Of a DNA stretch of 64,000 nucleotides, positions 21,390 to 32,122 are shown in pieces. A program made the translations under genes and the position numbers. Source of the stretch: Candidatus Poribacteria bacterium. GTDB taxonomy: Bacteria > Poribacteria > WGA-4E > PCPOR2b. The stretch covers positions 3,328,001-3,392,000 of the forward strand of contig OZ244042.1 of assembly GCA_965215015.1 (NCBI GenBank), read 5' to 3'. Within the stretch, counting starts at the first letter, position 1. Each line of letters begins with the position of its first letter. The notes beneath the pieces were generated by a model. That model had not been told where the DNA came from. It saw only the letters and a program-made list of their open reading frames with translations, and searched no databases.

Positions 21390-21773
21390 ATGCACATACT
21401 AAAGCTCACACTAATCTGTTGCATAGCGATGCTGCTTGCTGTTGGCTGTGCTTCAGAGAAGAAGATAGAACAAGCGACTGAGACAACACAACCCGCAACC
21501 ACAGAAGCAGATACCACTGCAAGCACGGATATGTCCGCAGCAGCACCGGCGGCTCATGAGCAAATCACGTTAAACGTTAATGGGCTGACGTGAGGTGGTT
21601 GTGTAGCCAAAGTGCGGTCTGCACTTACGAGCGTTCCCGGTGTGATTAGTGCCGATGTTCTTCAAACAGATGGTAAAGCCATCGTCAAGCTGGAGAAAGG
21701 CAAAGCCACCGCTGTCCAATTGACCGATGCTGTCGAAAAAGCGGGTTTCAGCGCAGAAACCGCAACAAATTAG
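21390..21773 (+). CDS. Selenocysteine-containing heavy-metal-associated (HMA/CopZ/MerP-like) lipoprotein, 127 aa
   Basis: Lipobox LAVG-C; in-frame TGA 21591-21593 in NVNGLT-U-GGC-VAKVRSALTSVPGV...LTDAVEKAGF; frame stays open to TAG 21771-21773; SECIS-like hairpin follows. Confidence 0.85.
21594..21630 (+). promoter_or_regulatory. Bacterial SECIS element
   Basis: Stem aagtgc (21610-15), loop ggtct, stem gcactt (21621-26); loop begins 22 nt after UGA; GGUCUGCAC as in the E. coli fdhF SECIS. Confidence 0.75.
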
Positions 21774-21795
21774 TCAGTTCCTACAGTTAAAGCGT

Positions 21796-21841
21796 GAACG
21801 GAAGGTTTGGCCTCGAATCGAGGGGCAGATACCTTCCGTTC
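21796..21841. terminator. Hairpin between convergent genes (probable terminator)
   Basis: Perfect 11-bp arms gaacggaaggt / accttccgttc. Confidence 0.55.
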
Positions 21842-21902
21842 TTCCACTTCGTCCTACCCTCACAACATAATTGGTGATTCCTTGATGAAACCTGCCCTCG
21901 GA

Positions 21903-23747
21903 TCACTGCATCCCTTCCATTTGCTGCAGCCCGACGAACATGGTGATGATTTCCTTAAAATCGCCGAGGGAGATAAATAATTCTCCTGCAACCCCCCCCT
22001 CCCGATTTTGGCTGGCAATACCGATACTGTAAGTTTCGGGAATGTTTACCAAAAACATCTGAATCATACCAACGCCCGGATCCGCTTGAGCAAAGATTTG
22101 TACGAGACTCTTGACTGCTGTGATAAGTGAAAGACCAAGGAACATGTTGTTTTTCAGGGTCAGCTCACCGGTCAGCTTGGCATAGCCTGCCCCTTGATCA
22201 AAGCCTGCCCCTATACCGGCCATTCGGTCTAGGGTGTCTTTGACCGGCTGGGCATTCGCTGCTGTCGCGTAGAGAAGTTTGCCATCGTTGATGGCATAGT
22301 AGATATTCCACTGTTCTGGAGCGACAGCTTCCATCCCGAGCGGAGGTTCAGCGAAAAGGGAGGTAATATTTGGCAGCACGTAATTTTTAATCTCCACACC
22401 GTTGTATATTTCAGGGGGCCCTGCTGATACATCCCCGTACATGCCGGCGACTTCCGGTCCCGCTCCCAGTGCTTCAAATAGTCCTGTAAAAGCACTCAAA
22501 TGTTCGATGAAATCTTTCTCCAGGTACGCTTTAACCTGCTTTTCGTCCGTCACATTGTAGATGTATAAGCAGTCAGGCATCAGGCTTCCGCTGAAATTGG
22601 CAGAAAAGGCGATCCCGTCTCCCAAACCTTTGTAGAAATTTGTCAAGGCTTCAGTAGCTGCCTCGGATGCTTTTTCGATTTCCGCTGTATCTGCGTTTGG
22701 ATCCGAAGGGGTAACTAACTTCACCATCGTTTGTGTGAACTCAATGAGCATCTCCTTCTGAAATTGCATTTCACCGTTGAGAAACGCATGTTGGGGCAGG
22801 TATTTGAGGTGTGTCAGCTCTCGCGGCATTTGGCGGATATATGTTTGGATTTCACTATCCGGCTTAAATTTGAGGAATGGAGAAATTTGTAGGTCGCTGC
22901 CGTTGAGCTGCACGGTAAGGCTCAAGGTCTTTGACTGATCCAATAGCCATATGCCACCGTCAATTAGACTTTCAGCATGTCCTAAGCCGACGCGGAGTTC
23001 TGGATCCGCTTCTACGCTTCCCTTCATTTCTGCCTTTAATTCTTCCGCTTTCTGAGTTAGCGTAGGCTGAAGGGCTTCCGTAATAGCATCCATTGCAAAA
23101 TAAAAGATTAGATCATTCTCACCAGATGTAGTATCGAGCTTAAACGACTGAAAATCGGTATTAGTAGCAATAGATGGCATCGCTTTCTTCCGGGTATCAA
23201 TGACCTTTTCACAGACCGCTGCTGAACCCGAATAGACCATCACATCGTCCATCAGAACAAACGCGCCAGCCTCACCTGTGGTATAATATTTCACACCGTT
23301 ATGGGTAACTGCACTACTGCCTTCCGCTTCCATTTCGATTAGCTGTTTGACACTTTCTGCATCTTTAACATGAACGGCGGCGGAGGGCACCGGTGGATTC
23401 ACACCGGAAAGAAACACTGCGAAGTTTCTTCGCAGATCCAAGCCCAGTTCCTCCAATTCCTCTAGCGTCTCAAAACCTGCACTAAAAGTGTCTGCCAACA
23501 CCTTAGCGGGCAGTTCTTGCGGTGGGTCTGAAGGAATCATTTCTACAAGAAGTGAATTAATTTCGTCGTTGAGTCCGAGTAAGTTCGGGATGTAAATCAC
23601 CCCAACGGTGTCTTGTGGGATGACATTCAAAACACTGTCAGGAGCGACATCGGGAATCCCTGCGCTCTCTTCGCCGCTGCAATTCAATACCATGATGCCA
23701 GTCAGCAAGATTAGGGTTATGACAGTTAAACGACAGGACATTTTCAT
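21903..23747 (-). CDS. Hypothetical exported/lipoprotein (DUF3352-like)
   Basis: 614-aa ORF, hydrophobic signal with LNC, RBS aaggag. Confidence 0.55.
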   Translation of the reverse strand: MKMSCRLTVITLILLTGIMVLNCSGEESAGIPDVAPDSVLNVIPQDTVGVIYIPNLLGLNDEINSLLVEMIPSDPPQELPAKVLADTFSAGFETLEELEELGLDLRRNFAVFLSGVNPPVPSAAVHVKDAESVKQLIEMEAEGSSAVTHNGVKYYTTGEAGAFVLMDDVMVYSGSAAVCEKVIDTRKKAMPSIATNTDFQSFKLDTTSGENDLIFYFAMDAITEALQPTLTQKAEELKAEMKGSVEADPELRVGLGHAESLIDGGIWLLDQSKTLSLTVQLNGSDLQISPFLKFKPDSEIQTYIRQMPRELTHLKYLPQHAFLNGEMQFQKEMLIEFTQTMVKLVTPSDPNADTAEIEKASEAATEALTNFYKGLGDGIAFSANFSGSLMPDCLYIYNVTDEKQVKAYLEKDFIEHLSAFTGLFEALGAGPEVAGMYGDVSAGPPEIYNGVEIKNYVLPNITSLFAEPPLGMEAVAPEQWNIYYAINDGKLLYATAANAQPVKDTLDRMAGIGAGFDQGAGYAKLTGELTLKNNMFLGLSLITAVKSLVQIFAQADPGVGMIQMFLVNIPETYSIGIASQNREGGVAGELFISLGDFKEIITMFVGLQQMEGMQ

Positions 23748-23846
23748 GAGTTATTTCTCCTTTGTAAGGGTAGGTTGGTAGGTGTATAGAACTGATGTTG
23801 GCATCATGCTGTGGTGCAATATGCTTAAGGTTTCAGTGGATTCGGA

Positions 23847-24959
23847 TTAGTTATGCCTCTTTGTCGCTTCAATTTTTTCTGCTAGGCTATCGATCGCTAC
23901 GTTAGAAGTCAGAATACCGATTTCAACTTCATAATGTCTACGTCCACCCGGTTCAATAAATTCCAGCGTTCCTCGTTCTCTTTCCTTTGATCTGCCATCA
24001 ACCCAGCAGTTCGCTGGTTCCAAACCAATGACATAGAGTCCTTCACCGTTCATCTTCCACTGAACGAATTTGGGAAGCTGCGTTTTATGGTATCTCACGT
24101 ACAACCCCAGGCCTTGTCCATTGTTGAACGCCCGATTGACCAAAGCAACATAGATATGGTTATCCTCATCTGCTTCCATTTCATGGTAATATACTTCTTC
24201 ATGAAAATCGACGGTAGGTGCTTCGCACCGTGCATGGTCACTCAACTTTCCTGCCGAGTGCTTATCCATTGGCTGCACTTGTGTGGAAGGCGCAATCAGC
24301 TCGGACCCTTCAGCGACAATTGGAAATCCCGGATTGATATGGAATAGGTACATGTGCGGTGTATCTTGATAGCCAAGGTTCTCAATAATATCTTCGATAT
24401 GGAGTTTCGTTGCACCCAGTTCTGTCCAAATACGACGGGTTCGACAGAGGTTTTCATCTGCGACCGTTGTCTCCGTTACTTTACCTTGAGCCCACATAAT
24501 ATATCGATCTCCCTCCCAGCGGCTATCAATCCATACATTCTGGGCGGGAATATAAGATACACGACCGTGCAAGCCAAGTGACTCTTCATCATCGGTGTCC
24601 GGTTCCCCAAGGTATGTCATGCCGCAGGTGGTTAGCAAGCCACCAAAGAATCCGCGCAGCCATCCATTTCCCTCCGGCTCATAATAGGTTGGTGCTACAT
24701 CGCCGGTGCTCGATCGCCAGCACAGTGGAATACCGTTGTATTCGGCATAAGAGATATCCAATCCACGGTCTGGTAGGACAGTAAAATTTAACCCGGAGCC
24801 TGTCCGGAAATCAACACCAGCCACTCCCTTCTCAGTTCCACTTGCTAATTCATATCCTTTCACACCAGCAATCTGAGAAATATCTCCGACGTGCCGAAGC
24901 AGTTGTAGGCGATGGTATTCCTCACCGTATAATTTGATCACATCTATCTCTCCTTTCAT
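23847..24959 (-). CDS. Aldose 1-epimerase family protein (DUF4432)
   Basis: PDRGLDI, FFGGLLTTCG, GLHG, YVIGLEP motifs. Confidence 0.8.
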   Translation of the reverse strand: MKGEIDVIKLYGEEYHRLQLLRHVGDISQIAGVKGYELASGTEKGVAGVDFRTGSGLNFTVLPDRGLDISYAEYNGIPLCWRSSTGDVAPTYYEPEGNGWLRGFFGGLLTTCGMTYLGEPDTDDEESLGLHGRVSYIPAQNVWIDSRWEGDRYIMWAQGKVTETTVADENLCRTRRIWTELGATKLHIEDIIENLGYQDTPHMYLFHINPGFPIVAEGSELIAPSTQVQPMDKHSAGKLSDHARCEAPTVDFHEEVYYHEMEADEDNHIYVALVNRAFNNGQGLGLYVRYHKTQLPKFVQWKMNGEGLYVIGLEPANCWVDGRSKERERGTLEFIEPGGRRHYEVEIGILTSNVAIDSLAEKIEATKRHN

Positions 24960-25043
24960 TTTTTAATTTCTATCAACTTATCTCTACCTATAGAGGGCTG
25001 CATCTATTATAGGAATTAGGCAGTTGACCAATCAGAGCCTTGG

Positions 25044-25266
25044 GCTAGGTTCTGTTGACATTTACGTGAGGTGTGCGAATGCGAGGCATAGTATACAATG
25101 GGTTGGAAGCCCCAACCCCTACGGCGTGAACCGTGTTTACATGGCATAAAGTAAGCTGCACAGGCAACCAGAGAAACCGTCGGGGCTTTGTTCACCCGCT
25201 CGTGCCCCCTCTCACTCTTGTCGGTCGAGATTCATATCTCAACGCCCCAATGTCAACACCTCCTAA
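25044..25266. mobile_element. MITE-like element with IS5-like GTTGACATT termini, carrying REP hairpins
   Basis: Left end gctaggttctgttgacattt, right end aatgtcaacacctcctaa; internal gggttgg..ccaacccctac; left end recurs inverted (20/20) at 41159-41178. Confidence 0.55.
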
Positions 25267-25485
25267 TTCCCGTAGTAGCGCAGATTTCATCAAGGGCAGT
25301 CAGTGGGCGATCGCAGGTTGTGTGCCTACGAATGGATTTCTATTGTCGTATACCAAAGTCCTACTCATACGCCGCATGAAATAGGACATGATTTTTGTAA
25401 TTGAAGTGCGTAAGTCCTACACAATATTTACATGCGATTGCCCTGTCTCTACCTATGTGTCAGATTTGTGTCAATAGCAGCAACC

Positions 25486-26730
25486 TTATTCGTGCCGTAA
25501 AGCCTCTGTTGGCATCAACCGTGCCGCCTTATAGGCAGGAAGAATACCAAATACTATACCGATAAACGCGGAAGAACCGAAAGCAACAGCTGCAGCCCAT
25601 AACGATACCACTGCAGGCCATTCCGTCTCTTTGATGAGAAAAGTTGTGACTCCCCAGGCAACCACAAAAGTAATGAACCCGCTAATGAGAATCCCAATCA
25701 GTCCTCCAGAAACGCTTAGAACAACTGATTCGATTAGAAACTGTTGCAAAATATCGCGGTGTCGTGCACCAACAGCTTTGCGCAGCCCTATTTCTCGTGT
25801 ACGTTCCGTAACGGAAACTAACATGATATTCATGATACCGATGCCGCCAACTAATAACGAGATACTCGCAACACCACCGAGCAGAATCTTAAGGACCTGG
25901 CTGACTTGTCCAACCTGCTCTAAGACCGCCTTTGCGGTGTAAAATTGGAAGTGTTCTTCAGAACCGTGCCGGCGACGCAGGGTAATCATCACTTCTGCTA
26001 GTGCCTGATCCACTTTTTCAAAGCTCTCCGCTTTCATCCACAGTTCAAACCCTCGTTTCTGATCGCCGATAAAACGTGTCCACATCGTCGTAAACGGAAT
26101 AATCAACCTTTTATCCCACCCCTCCGTCGCCATTTTATCCCCTTTCTCCTGCATTACCCCGACGACGGTAAATCGCTGCCTACCAATTTTTAATTCCTGA
26201 CCAATTGGATCTGTTTTGCCAAATAAATCCCTCTGGACTTCCGTCCCAATCACGCATACCGACTCGTTCCGATCCAAATCCGCCTGTTGGATAAAACGCC
26301 CGGATTCGACATACCAATTGTGTACCTCTTGATACAGCGGCGTAACACCTTCAAAGCGGAAATGCTTCATCTCGCCTTTGTATGATATAGGCTGCGCCAT
26401 CGTATCAATGTCGGCTGTAATGCTTTTCACCGAGGGGCAGGACACCATAATCGCATCTAAGTCTTCGTATTCAAGGTACACCGGGGCTTTATTCTGGACC
26501 CATGTGCCATCCTCCCTCTGGATCCAGTTCGGTCGGAAACAGATAATTAAATCGGACCCACCCATTCGCTCAAATTCTGCTAGGACTAAAAACTTTGCTC
26601 CGCCACCAATCGAAACCATGCCAACCACCGCAGAAATACCGATGATGATACCAAGCATCGTTAGCAGGGACCTGAGTTTATTCCGTCTCAGGGCAGCCAA
26701 CCCAATGAACAAGCTTTGTATGATGTGCAT
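25486..26730 (-). CDS. ABC transporter permease (MacB/FtsX-like)
   Basis: RSLLTMLGIIIG, VGGIGIMNIMLVSVTERTREIGLRKAVGA. Confidence 0.92.
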   Translation of the reverse strand: MHIIQSLFIGLAALRRNKLRSLLTMLGIIIGISAVVGMVSIGGGAKFLVLAEFERMGGSDLIICFRPNWIQREDGTWVQNKAPVYLEYEDLDAIMVSCPSVKSITADIDTMAQPISYKGEMKHFRFEGVTPLYQEVHNWYVESGRFIQQADLDRNESVCVIGTEVQRDLFGKTDPIGQELKIGRQRFTVVGVMQEKGDKMATEGWDKRLIIPFTTMWTRFIGDQKRGFELWMKAESFEKVDQALAEVMITLRRRHGSEEHFQFYTAKAVLEQVGQVSQVLKILLGGVASISLLVGGIGIMNIMLVSVTERTREIGLRKAVGARHRDILQQFLIESVVLSVSGGLIGILISGFITFVVAWGVTTFLIKETEWPAVVSLWAAAVAFGSSAFIGIVFGILPAYKAARLMPTEALRHE

Positions 26731-27126
26731 TAAATTCCTCCTTATCTTGTGCGTTCACCTCTGTGTATACACTGAGACGAAATTTAAGAACTAAGGATTA
26801 ACACCCACCATGAGTGAAGCGTGAAACGTGAAAACCATTTGTTCCTGAAATTATTAGTTCATGTCGGTTTCGATCCTGATCTTATCGGGGAATGGATTTA
26901 TGAACCCATGAAGGATGTGGAAACGACAATCTCGCCAACCAGCACCACGGGTTATTACTATCGGCATTCAATCTAGCAGGCGTTGCGGCCAGCTTTCTCC
27001 GAATTTGCTTCTTAACCCTTTTCAAGACCGTTGGGGTTGTTCCTTCAGTCGGACAGAAAGATGGTACTCTCAATGCGACTTAAAGATTATAGCACGATTT
27101 ACAGAAGACTGAAACAACATTCCGAA

Positions 27127-27155
27127 TTGACACTATATTGGATTTTTGGTAAAAT
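27127..27155 (+). promoter_or_regulatory. Sigma70 promoter for VOC gene
   Basis: TTGACA-N17-TAAAAT with TG extension. Confidence 0.6.
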
Positions 27156-27205
27156 GCTTGGAGGCAGTGAACATATCCAATGACGTGCAACCTTGAGGAG
27201 GCGGC

Positions 27206-27673
27206 ATGAAAATTACCGGCGCGCACCATACCAGTTACACTGTTTCTAACCTTGAGCGTTCGCTTGAATTCTATGTCGAGTTGCTCGGCTGCAAAGTCAT
27301 TTGGCAGCGCGAGAATCGAGATCAATACTTTCGCGATATTGTAGGCTACCCCGATAGTGCTGCAAAGATGGCTATGTTGAGTGTTCCCGGTTCCACGCAC
27401 GCCATCGAATTAATTGAGTACGTCGTCCCGCGCGGTGTCTCTGCCGATGTTCGCACGAAAAATGTGGGCAGCTCGCACATCGCGTTTCTGGTTGATGATT
27501 TGCAGGCAGCGTATGAAGAATTGTGCGCCGCAGGTGTGCAGTTCCGTTCGCCCCCCGTTGAGATAACGGCAGGTGCGAATAAAGGTGCTAAGGCGGTTTA
27601 TATGATAGATCCGGACGGCATTACGATGGAGTTTTTCCAACCGTCGAAAGCAGAGGCGGAAAGTGAAACATGA
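27206..27673 (+). CDS. VOC/glyoxalase family protein
   Basis: HHTSYTVSNLERSLEFY, IELIEY, HIAFLVDD, DPDGITMEF. Confidence 0.85.
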   Translation: MKITGAHHTSYTVSNLERSLEFYVELLGCKVIWQRENRDQYFRDIVGYPDSAAKMAMLSVPGSTHAIELIEYVVPRGVSADVRTKNVGSSHIAFLVDDLQAAYEELCAAGVQFRSPPVEITAGANKGAKAVYMIDPDGITMEFFQPSKAEAESET

Positions 27674-27813
27674 AGTATGAAACGTGATGCGTGGATTGGC
27701 TCATTAGTAAGTTAGTAGATTGGTTCATGGTCTCATTAAAATAATGAATACTCGAATGATGTGGAAACGACAGCTTCACCAACTCGCACTCGCACCAAAA
27801 GTTAATAAAAGTG

Positions 27814-27967
27814 GTTCGTGTTAAAAAATGGTGCAACAGCCCCCGAGTTTTTTCTTAAAAACGTCGGGTTCAAATACCAATCGTGTTGGAAGCTGATATT
27901 TGGTGAATTGAGCCAAGACGGTTGCGCGATATTCCGGGTATTTTTGCACTTTACTTTTGACATAAGC
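27814..27967. mobile_element. MITE-like element, copy 2
   Basis: Colinear with 14121-14272 (shared gtgcaacag, caaataccaat, tttggtgaattgagccaa, gttgcgcgat, ttccgggtat); right end ttttgacataagc. Confidence 0.7.
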
Positions 27968-28025
27968 TATAAAATGGCATAAGCTATAAAAAGCTATAAA
28001 AGTTAGCAGCCAATAAGGAGGTAGT

Positions 28026-29366
28026 ATGGACAAGCAAGCATTACAAAATTCGCTAGATAGCTTGGTCACGGAATATGTAGCTAACAACCCACGCTCGCGG
28101 GAGATGTTTGAACGGGCACAGGAATCGTTGCCGGGGGGTAACACTCGTACCGGCGCGTATATGCAGCCCTTCCCAATTTATATAGAACGCGGTGAAGGTG
28201 CCTATTTTTACGACCTAGACGGTCATCGTCTGTTGGACTTTGTCAATAATAACACTGCCTTGATTCTGGGCCACGCTCACCCTGCAATTGTGGAGGCACT
28301 TCAAGATCGAGTCGCTAAAGGAACAGCGTTCTCTCGACCAACAGCCCTTGAAGTCGAAATGGCAGAATTGCTGCGGGAACGGGTGCCATCCTTGGAACAG
28401 ATTCGTTTCTGCAGCTCAGGGACTGAAGCGGTGCTGAATGCGCTGCGAGTTGCTAGGGCGTTTACTGGAAAACGTAAAATTGCTAGATTTGAAGGGGCGT
28501 ATCATGGTGTGGGTGAATACGCGCTAGTTAGCTATGTGCCTCCGCTGGGCCCAGACTTGGGTCCCGCGAATCGCCCTCGGTCAGTTCCTTCGACAGCGGG
28601 GCTTTCACCGGCAATTCTTGAAGAGGTATTGGTGCTGCCATTTAACGACGCGGATGCCTGTGCAGAAATCATCAACGAGAACGCTGATAATTTGGCAGCT
28701 GTGATTGTAGATCCGTTGGCAACGGGTGCGGGCACCTGCCTCCCAGTCGATGGTTTTCTGTCCCACTTGAGAGAGCTTACGACGCAGACAGATGCGCTGC
28801 TGATTTTTGATGAGATTATCAGCTTCAGAGCTTCCCGCGGCGGTGCACAGGAACTCTACGACGTAAGACCTGACTTGACATGCATGGCAAAAGTCATTGC
28901 AGGCGGTACACCGGGGGCAGCTTTTGGTGGGCGCGCTGATGTGATGGGACTGTATAATCCCACCTCTGGAGCGAAGATTCCCCAGTCAGGAACTTACAAC
29001 GCGAATCCTATGGCTATGGTCGCCGGGCTCGTCGCACTCCAAATGATGACGCCGGAGGCATACGAAAAGATCGGTGCGCTGACGCAACGGTTAGGAACGG
29101 AATTGGAATCAGCATTTGCTGAGGTAGGAGTCGAGGCTCAGGTTACTGTCGTCGGATCGCTTTTCCGCGTCCACTTCATGCCCCACGCTCCACGGAACTA
29201 TCGAGAAGCCGCGGAAGACGACAAGCTAATGCAAGATTATCTCTTCTTCTGGCTTCTTAACCACGGGATTCATTGGACAAGCGGTGGAAATGTGTCGCTC
29301 CCAATGACGGAGGCACATATCAACAGCTTGGTATCTGAAGTTCGGAATGCGTTTGAACAGTTTTAA
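28026..29366 (+). CDS. Class III aminotransferase (glutamate-1-semialdehyde aminomutase-like)
   Basis: SGTEA, FEGAYHG, LLIFDEIISFR, PDLTCMAK, SGTYNANP. Confidence 0.85.
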   Translation: MDKQALQNSLDSLVTEYVANNPRSREMFERAQESLPGGNTRTGAYMQPFPIYIERGEGAYFYDLDGHRLLDFVNNNTALILGHAHPAIVEALQDRVAKGTAFSRPTALEVEMAELLRERVPSLEQIRFCSSGTEAVLNALRVARAFTGKRKIARFEGAYHGVGEYALVSYVPPLGPDLGPANRPRSVPSTAGLSPAILEEVLVLPFNDADACAEIINENADNLAAVIVDPLATGAGTCLPVDGFLSHLRELTTQTDALLIFDEIISFRASRGGAQELYDVRPDLTCMAKVIAGGTPGAAFGGRADVMGLYNPTSGAKIPQSGTYNANPMAMVAGLVALQMMTPEAYEKIGALTQRLGTELESAFAEVGVEAQVTVVGSLFRVHFMPHAPRNYREAAEDDKLMQDYLFFWLLNHGIHWTSGGNVSLPMTEAHINSLVSEVRNAFEQF

Positions 29367-29418
29367 GTCGTAGCAACAAGGGATTAGAGAAAACTTTAGT
29401 GGGGCTGCCCATAATTCT

Positions 29419-29630
29419 TGTCTGAATCACGGATTCTTGCCCCGAAAATACCCTATATGTTGCCCTACACCCCGGGGTCATTGAGAAACACTGGGATTCT
29501 CGCGCAATGTTCATCGTTGGTTGCCCCATGACCCTTGCACTATAGTCCTGGTATCCTCGGCGATTTATCGCCGGTGAAGAGGCCTCTCAACGCCCGATTT
29601 ATCGAGTGGCGACAGTTAATCCTACTACCG
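29419..29630. repeat. Intergenic REP/palindrome cluster including a tgtctgaatcacggatt half-element
   Basis: tgtctgaatcacggatt at ~29420; cggcgatttatcgccg; second cgatttatcg. Confidence 0.45.
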
Positions 29631-29696
29631 TTTTGACGTGAGCTAAAAATGAAACGCGCCATTCTCTGTTAGGTTAGAGCTAACAGAGGTCAGATT

Positions 29697-30938
29697 TCAC
29701 TCTACATATTTTCGGACAGCAATAGAGGTGTTGTGTCCACCAAAACCGAAGGCGTTGGACAATGCAACTTGAATATTTGCAGACCGTCCTTGATTCGGCA
29801 CACAGTCCAAGTCACAATCCGGATCGGGATTTTCGTAGTTGACGGTTGGTGGGATATAATCGTTTTGCATTGCACACAAGGTGGCAATCAACTCGACGGC
29901 TCCGGCAGCACCAAGCAGGTGACCTATCATAGACTTCGTTGCACTCATAGCAAGGCGGTGAGCGTGATCTCCAAAAAGTGCCTTAACAGCAAGTGTTTCT
30001 GCGATGTCGCCTGATGGCGTTGAGGTGCCGTGCGCATTGATATAATCAACATCCTCCGGTGCAATTTGGGCATCTTTGAGTGCCAATTCCATTGATTTGG
30101 CAGCACCTTCTCCATTTTCACTCGGGTGCACCATATCATAGGCATCAGCACTCATCCCATAGCCAACAATTTCGCCATAAATAGGTACATTACGTTTCAA
30201 GGCGTGCGACAGGGATTCCAAGACTAATACGCCTGCCCCCTCGCCCATCACAAACCCATCGCGCTCCTTATCAAATGGGCGGCTTGCCCGCTGCGGTTCG
30301 TCATTGCGCGTAGACATTGCACGCATGGCGCAGAAACCGGCAAAGCTCAATGGGGTAATTGCATCTTCCGAACCGCCGGCAAACATCACATCGGCATCGC
30401 CACGCTGGATGATCTTGAACGATTCCCCAATCGCGTTGTTCGCGGTTGCACAGGCGGTAACAGATGCAAAATTGGGTCCCTTGAGTTTCAAATGAATCGA
30501 GATTTGTCCAGAGGCCATGTTAATAATCTCGTGAGGTACAAAGAAAGGACTGACCCGCCTTGGTCCTTTTTCGAGCAAGATTCGGTGATTTTCCTCTAGG
30601 ACACTGATGCCCCCGATTCCGGACCCGACGCCGACGCCAACGCGATAAGGATCTATTGAAGAAAGATTGAGGGCTGCCTCCTGTTGGGCTTGAATTGCGG
30701 ACACCAGTGCATATTGGATGAACAGTGGCAAACGCGCCACAGCCTTCCGCGGAAGATAGGTCTCCGGCGCAAACCCCTTGATCTCGCCCCCAATTTGCGT
30801 GCGAAAATCTTGCGGATCAAAATGTGTAACCCGATCAATACCACTTTTGCCTACCGCAATTGATTCCCAAAACTCATCTTTAGTGTTGCCTACAGAACAG
30901 ACAACTCCCATTCCAGTGATAACGACTCGATTCCCCAC
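29697..30938 (-). CDS. fabF: 3-oxoacyl-ACP synthase II
   Basis: [40 protein letters not shown]; GTG start after gaaagagg. Confidence 0.95.
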   Translation of the reverse strand: MGNRVVITGMGVVCSVGNTKDEFWESIAVGKSGIDRVTHFDPQDFRTQIGGEIKGFAPETYLPRKAVARLPLFIQYALVSAIQAQQEAALNLSSIDPYRVGVGVGSGIGGISVLEENHRILLEKGPRRVSPFFVPHEIINMASGQISIHLKLKGPNFASVTACATANNAIGESFKIIQRGDADVMFAGGSEDAITPLSFAGFCAMRAMSTRNDEPQRASRPFDKERDGFVMGEGAGVLVLESLSHALKRNVPIYGEIVGYGMSADAYDMVHPSENGEGAAKSMELALKDAQIAPEDVDYINAHGTSTPSGDIAETLAVKALFGDHAHRLAMSATKSMIGHLLGAAGAVELIATLCAMQNDYIPPTVNYENPDPDCDLDCVPNQGRSANIQVALSNAFGFGGHNTSIAVRKYVE

Positions 30939-31098
30939 GAATATACCTCTTTCGCCTTGGAAACATAGAAATAGATTGGTGGAAGGGGAATGTGTGTATA
31001 ACATAACCAAAGGTTGATAGCACACCCTCCCCAGATAATAAGCAGAAACTGTCTGCCGTATCGGTAACTACAACGCTCTAATTGAGCCAGTACAACTA

Positions 31099-31332
31099 TT
31101 AGGCATTCTCATCTAGGTAATCAAGTGCCTGTTGCACAGTGCGAATCTTTTCAGCTTCACTGTCCGGAATTTCAATATCAAATTCCTCTTCAAGTGCCAT
31201 GATCAATTCCACTGTATCCAATGAATCAGCCCCTAAATCATCCATAAACGAGGCATCAGGTTTAACCTGTTCTTCGTCAATCTGTAACTGATCCGCAATC
31301 ATTTTGATAATTCGATCTTGATCTATTGCCAT
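31099..31332 (-). CDS. acpP: Acyl carrier protein
   Basis: [20 protein letters not shown]. Confidence 0.97.
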   Translation of the reverse strand: MAIDQDRIIKMIADQLQIDEEQVKPDASFMDDLGADSLDTVELIMALEEEFDIEIPDSEAEKIRTVQQALDYLDENA

Positions 31333-31377
31333 TGATTTATTAACCTCCTATGTTATTGAAAATTGTATATCAATTCA

Positions 31378-32118
31378 CTACATAAACATGCCACCATCAA
31401 CTTGGATGGCTTGCCCTGTGATGTATCGGGCGGCATCCGACGCCAAAAACAGGGCAGTTCCCGCAACATCCTCTGGTGTACCAAAACTGCCCGTTGGAAT
31501 CATTTCTAACATTTTCTGCTGATCTATCTCCGATATTTTTTCTGTCATATCGGTTGTGATGAAACCGGGGGTAATTGCATTGACTGTGATGCCACGGCTT
31601 CCGACCTCTTTTGCAACAGATTTGGTCAAGCCAATTATTCCAGCTTTAGAAGCGGCATAGTTCGCCTGTCCGGCATTTCCTGCGACTCCCACCACTGATG
31701 AAATATTAATGATTCGCCCACTTCTTTGGCGCATCATTGAACGAATAACGGTACGCATGCAATACGCCGTTCCGGTAAGATTGGTCTGTAAGACCGCATC
31801 CCAGTCCTCGTCCTTCATTCGCATAAGCAGGGCATCACGCGTGATGCCAGCATTATTTACAAGAACGTCGACGCGATCAAATTCCTTCAGCGTTAAATTG
31901 ACAAGTGCCTCTACATCGGCTTTGTTGGCAACATCGGCTTGCGTAGATTTTGCGCTTCCGCCTCCGCTTGAAAGCGATTCAGAGATAGCAGCAACCGATT
32001 CAGCGGAACGTGAACAGAGCATCACACTCGCGCCTTCTTGGCAGAACTTTCGAGCAATCGCTTCTCCAATTCCACGCGATGCGCCCGTTACAATTGCTAC
32101 TTTGTCTTTGAGTATCAT
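31378..32118 (-). CDS. fabG: 3-oxoacyl-ACP reductase
   Basis: TGASRGIG, NNAGITRD, NYAASK. Confidence 0.95.
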   Translation of the reverse strand: MILKDKVAIVTGASRGIGEAIARKFCQEGASVMLCSRSAESVAAISESLSSGGGSAKSTQADVANKADVEALVNLTLKEFDRVDVLVNNAGITRDALLMRMKDEDWDAVLQTNLTGTAYCMRTVIRSMMRQRSGRIINISSVVGVAGNAGQANYAASKAGIIGLTKSVAKEVGSRGITVNAITPGFITTDMTEKISEIDQQKMLEMIPTGSFGTPEDVAGTALFLASDAARYITGQAIQVDGGMFM

Positions 32119-32122
32119 TTCA

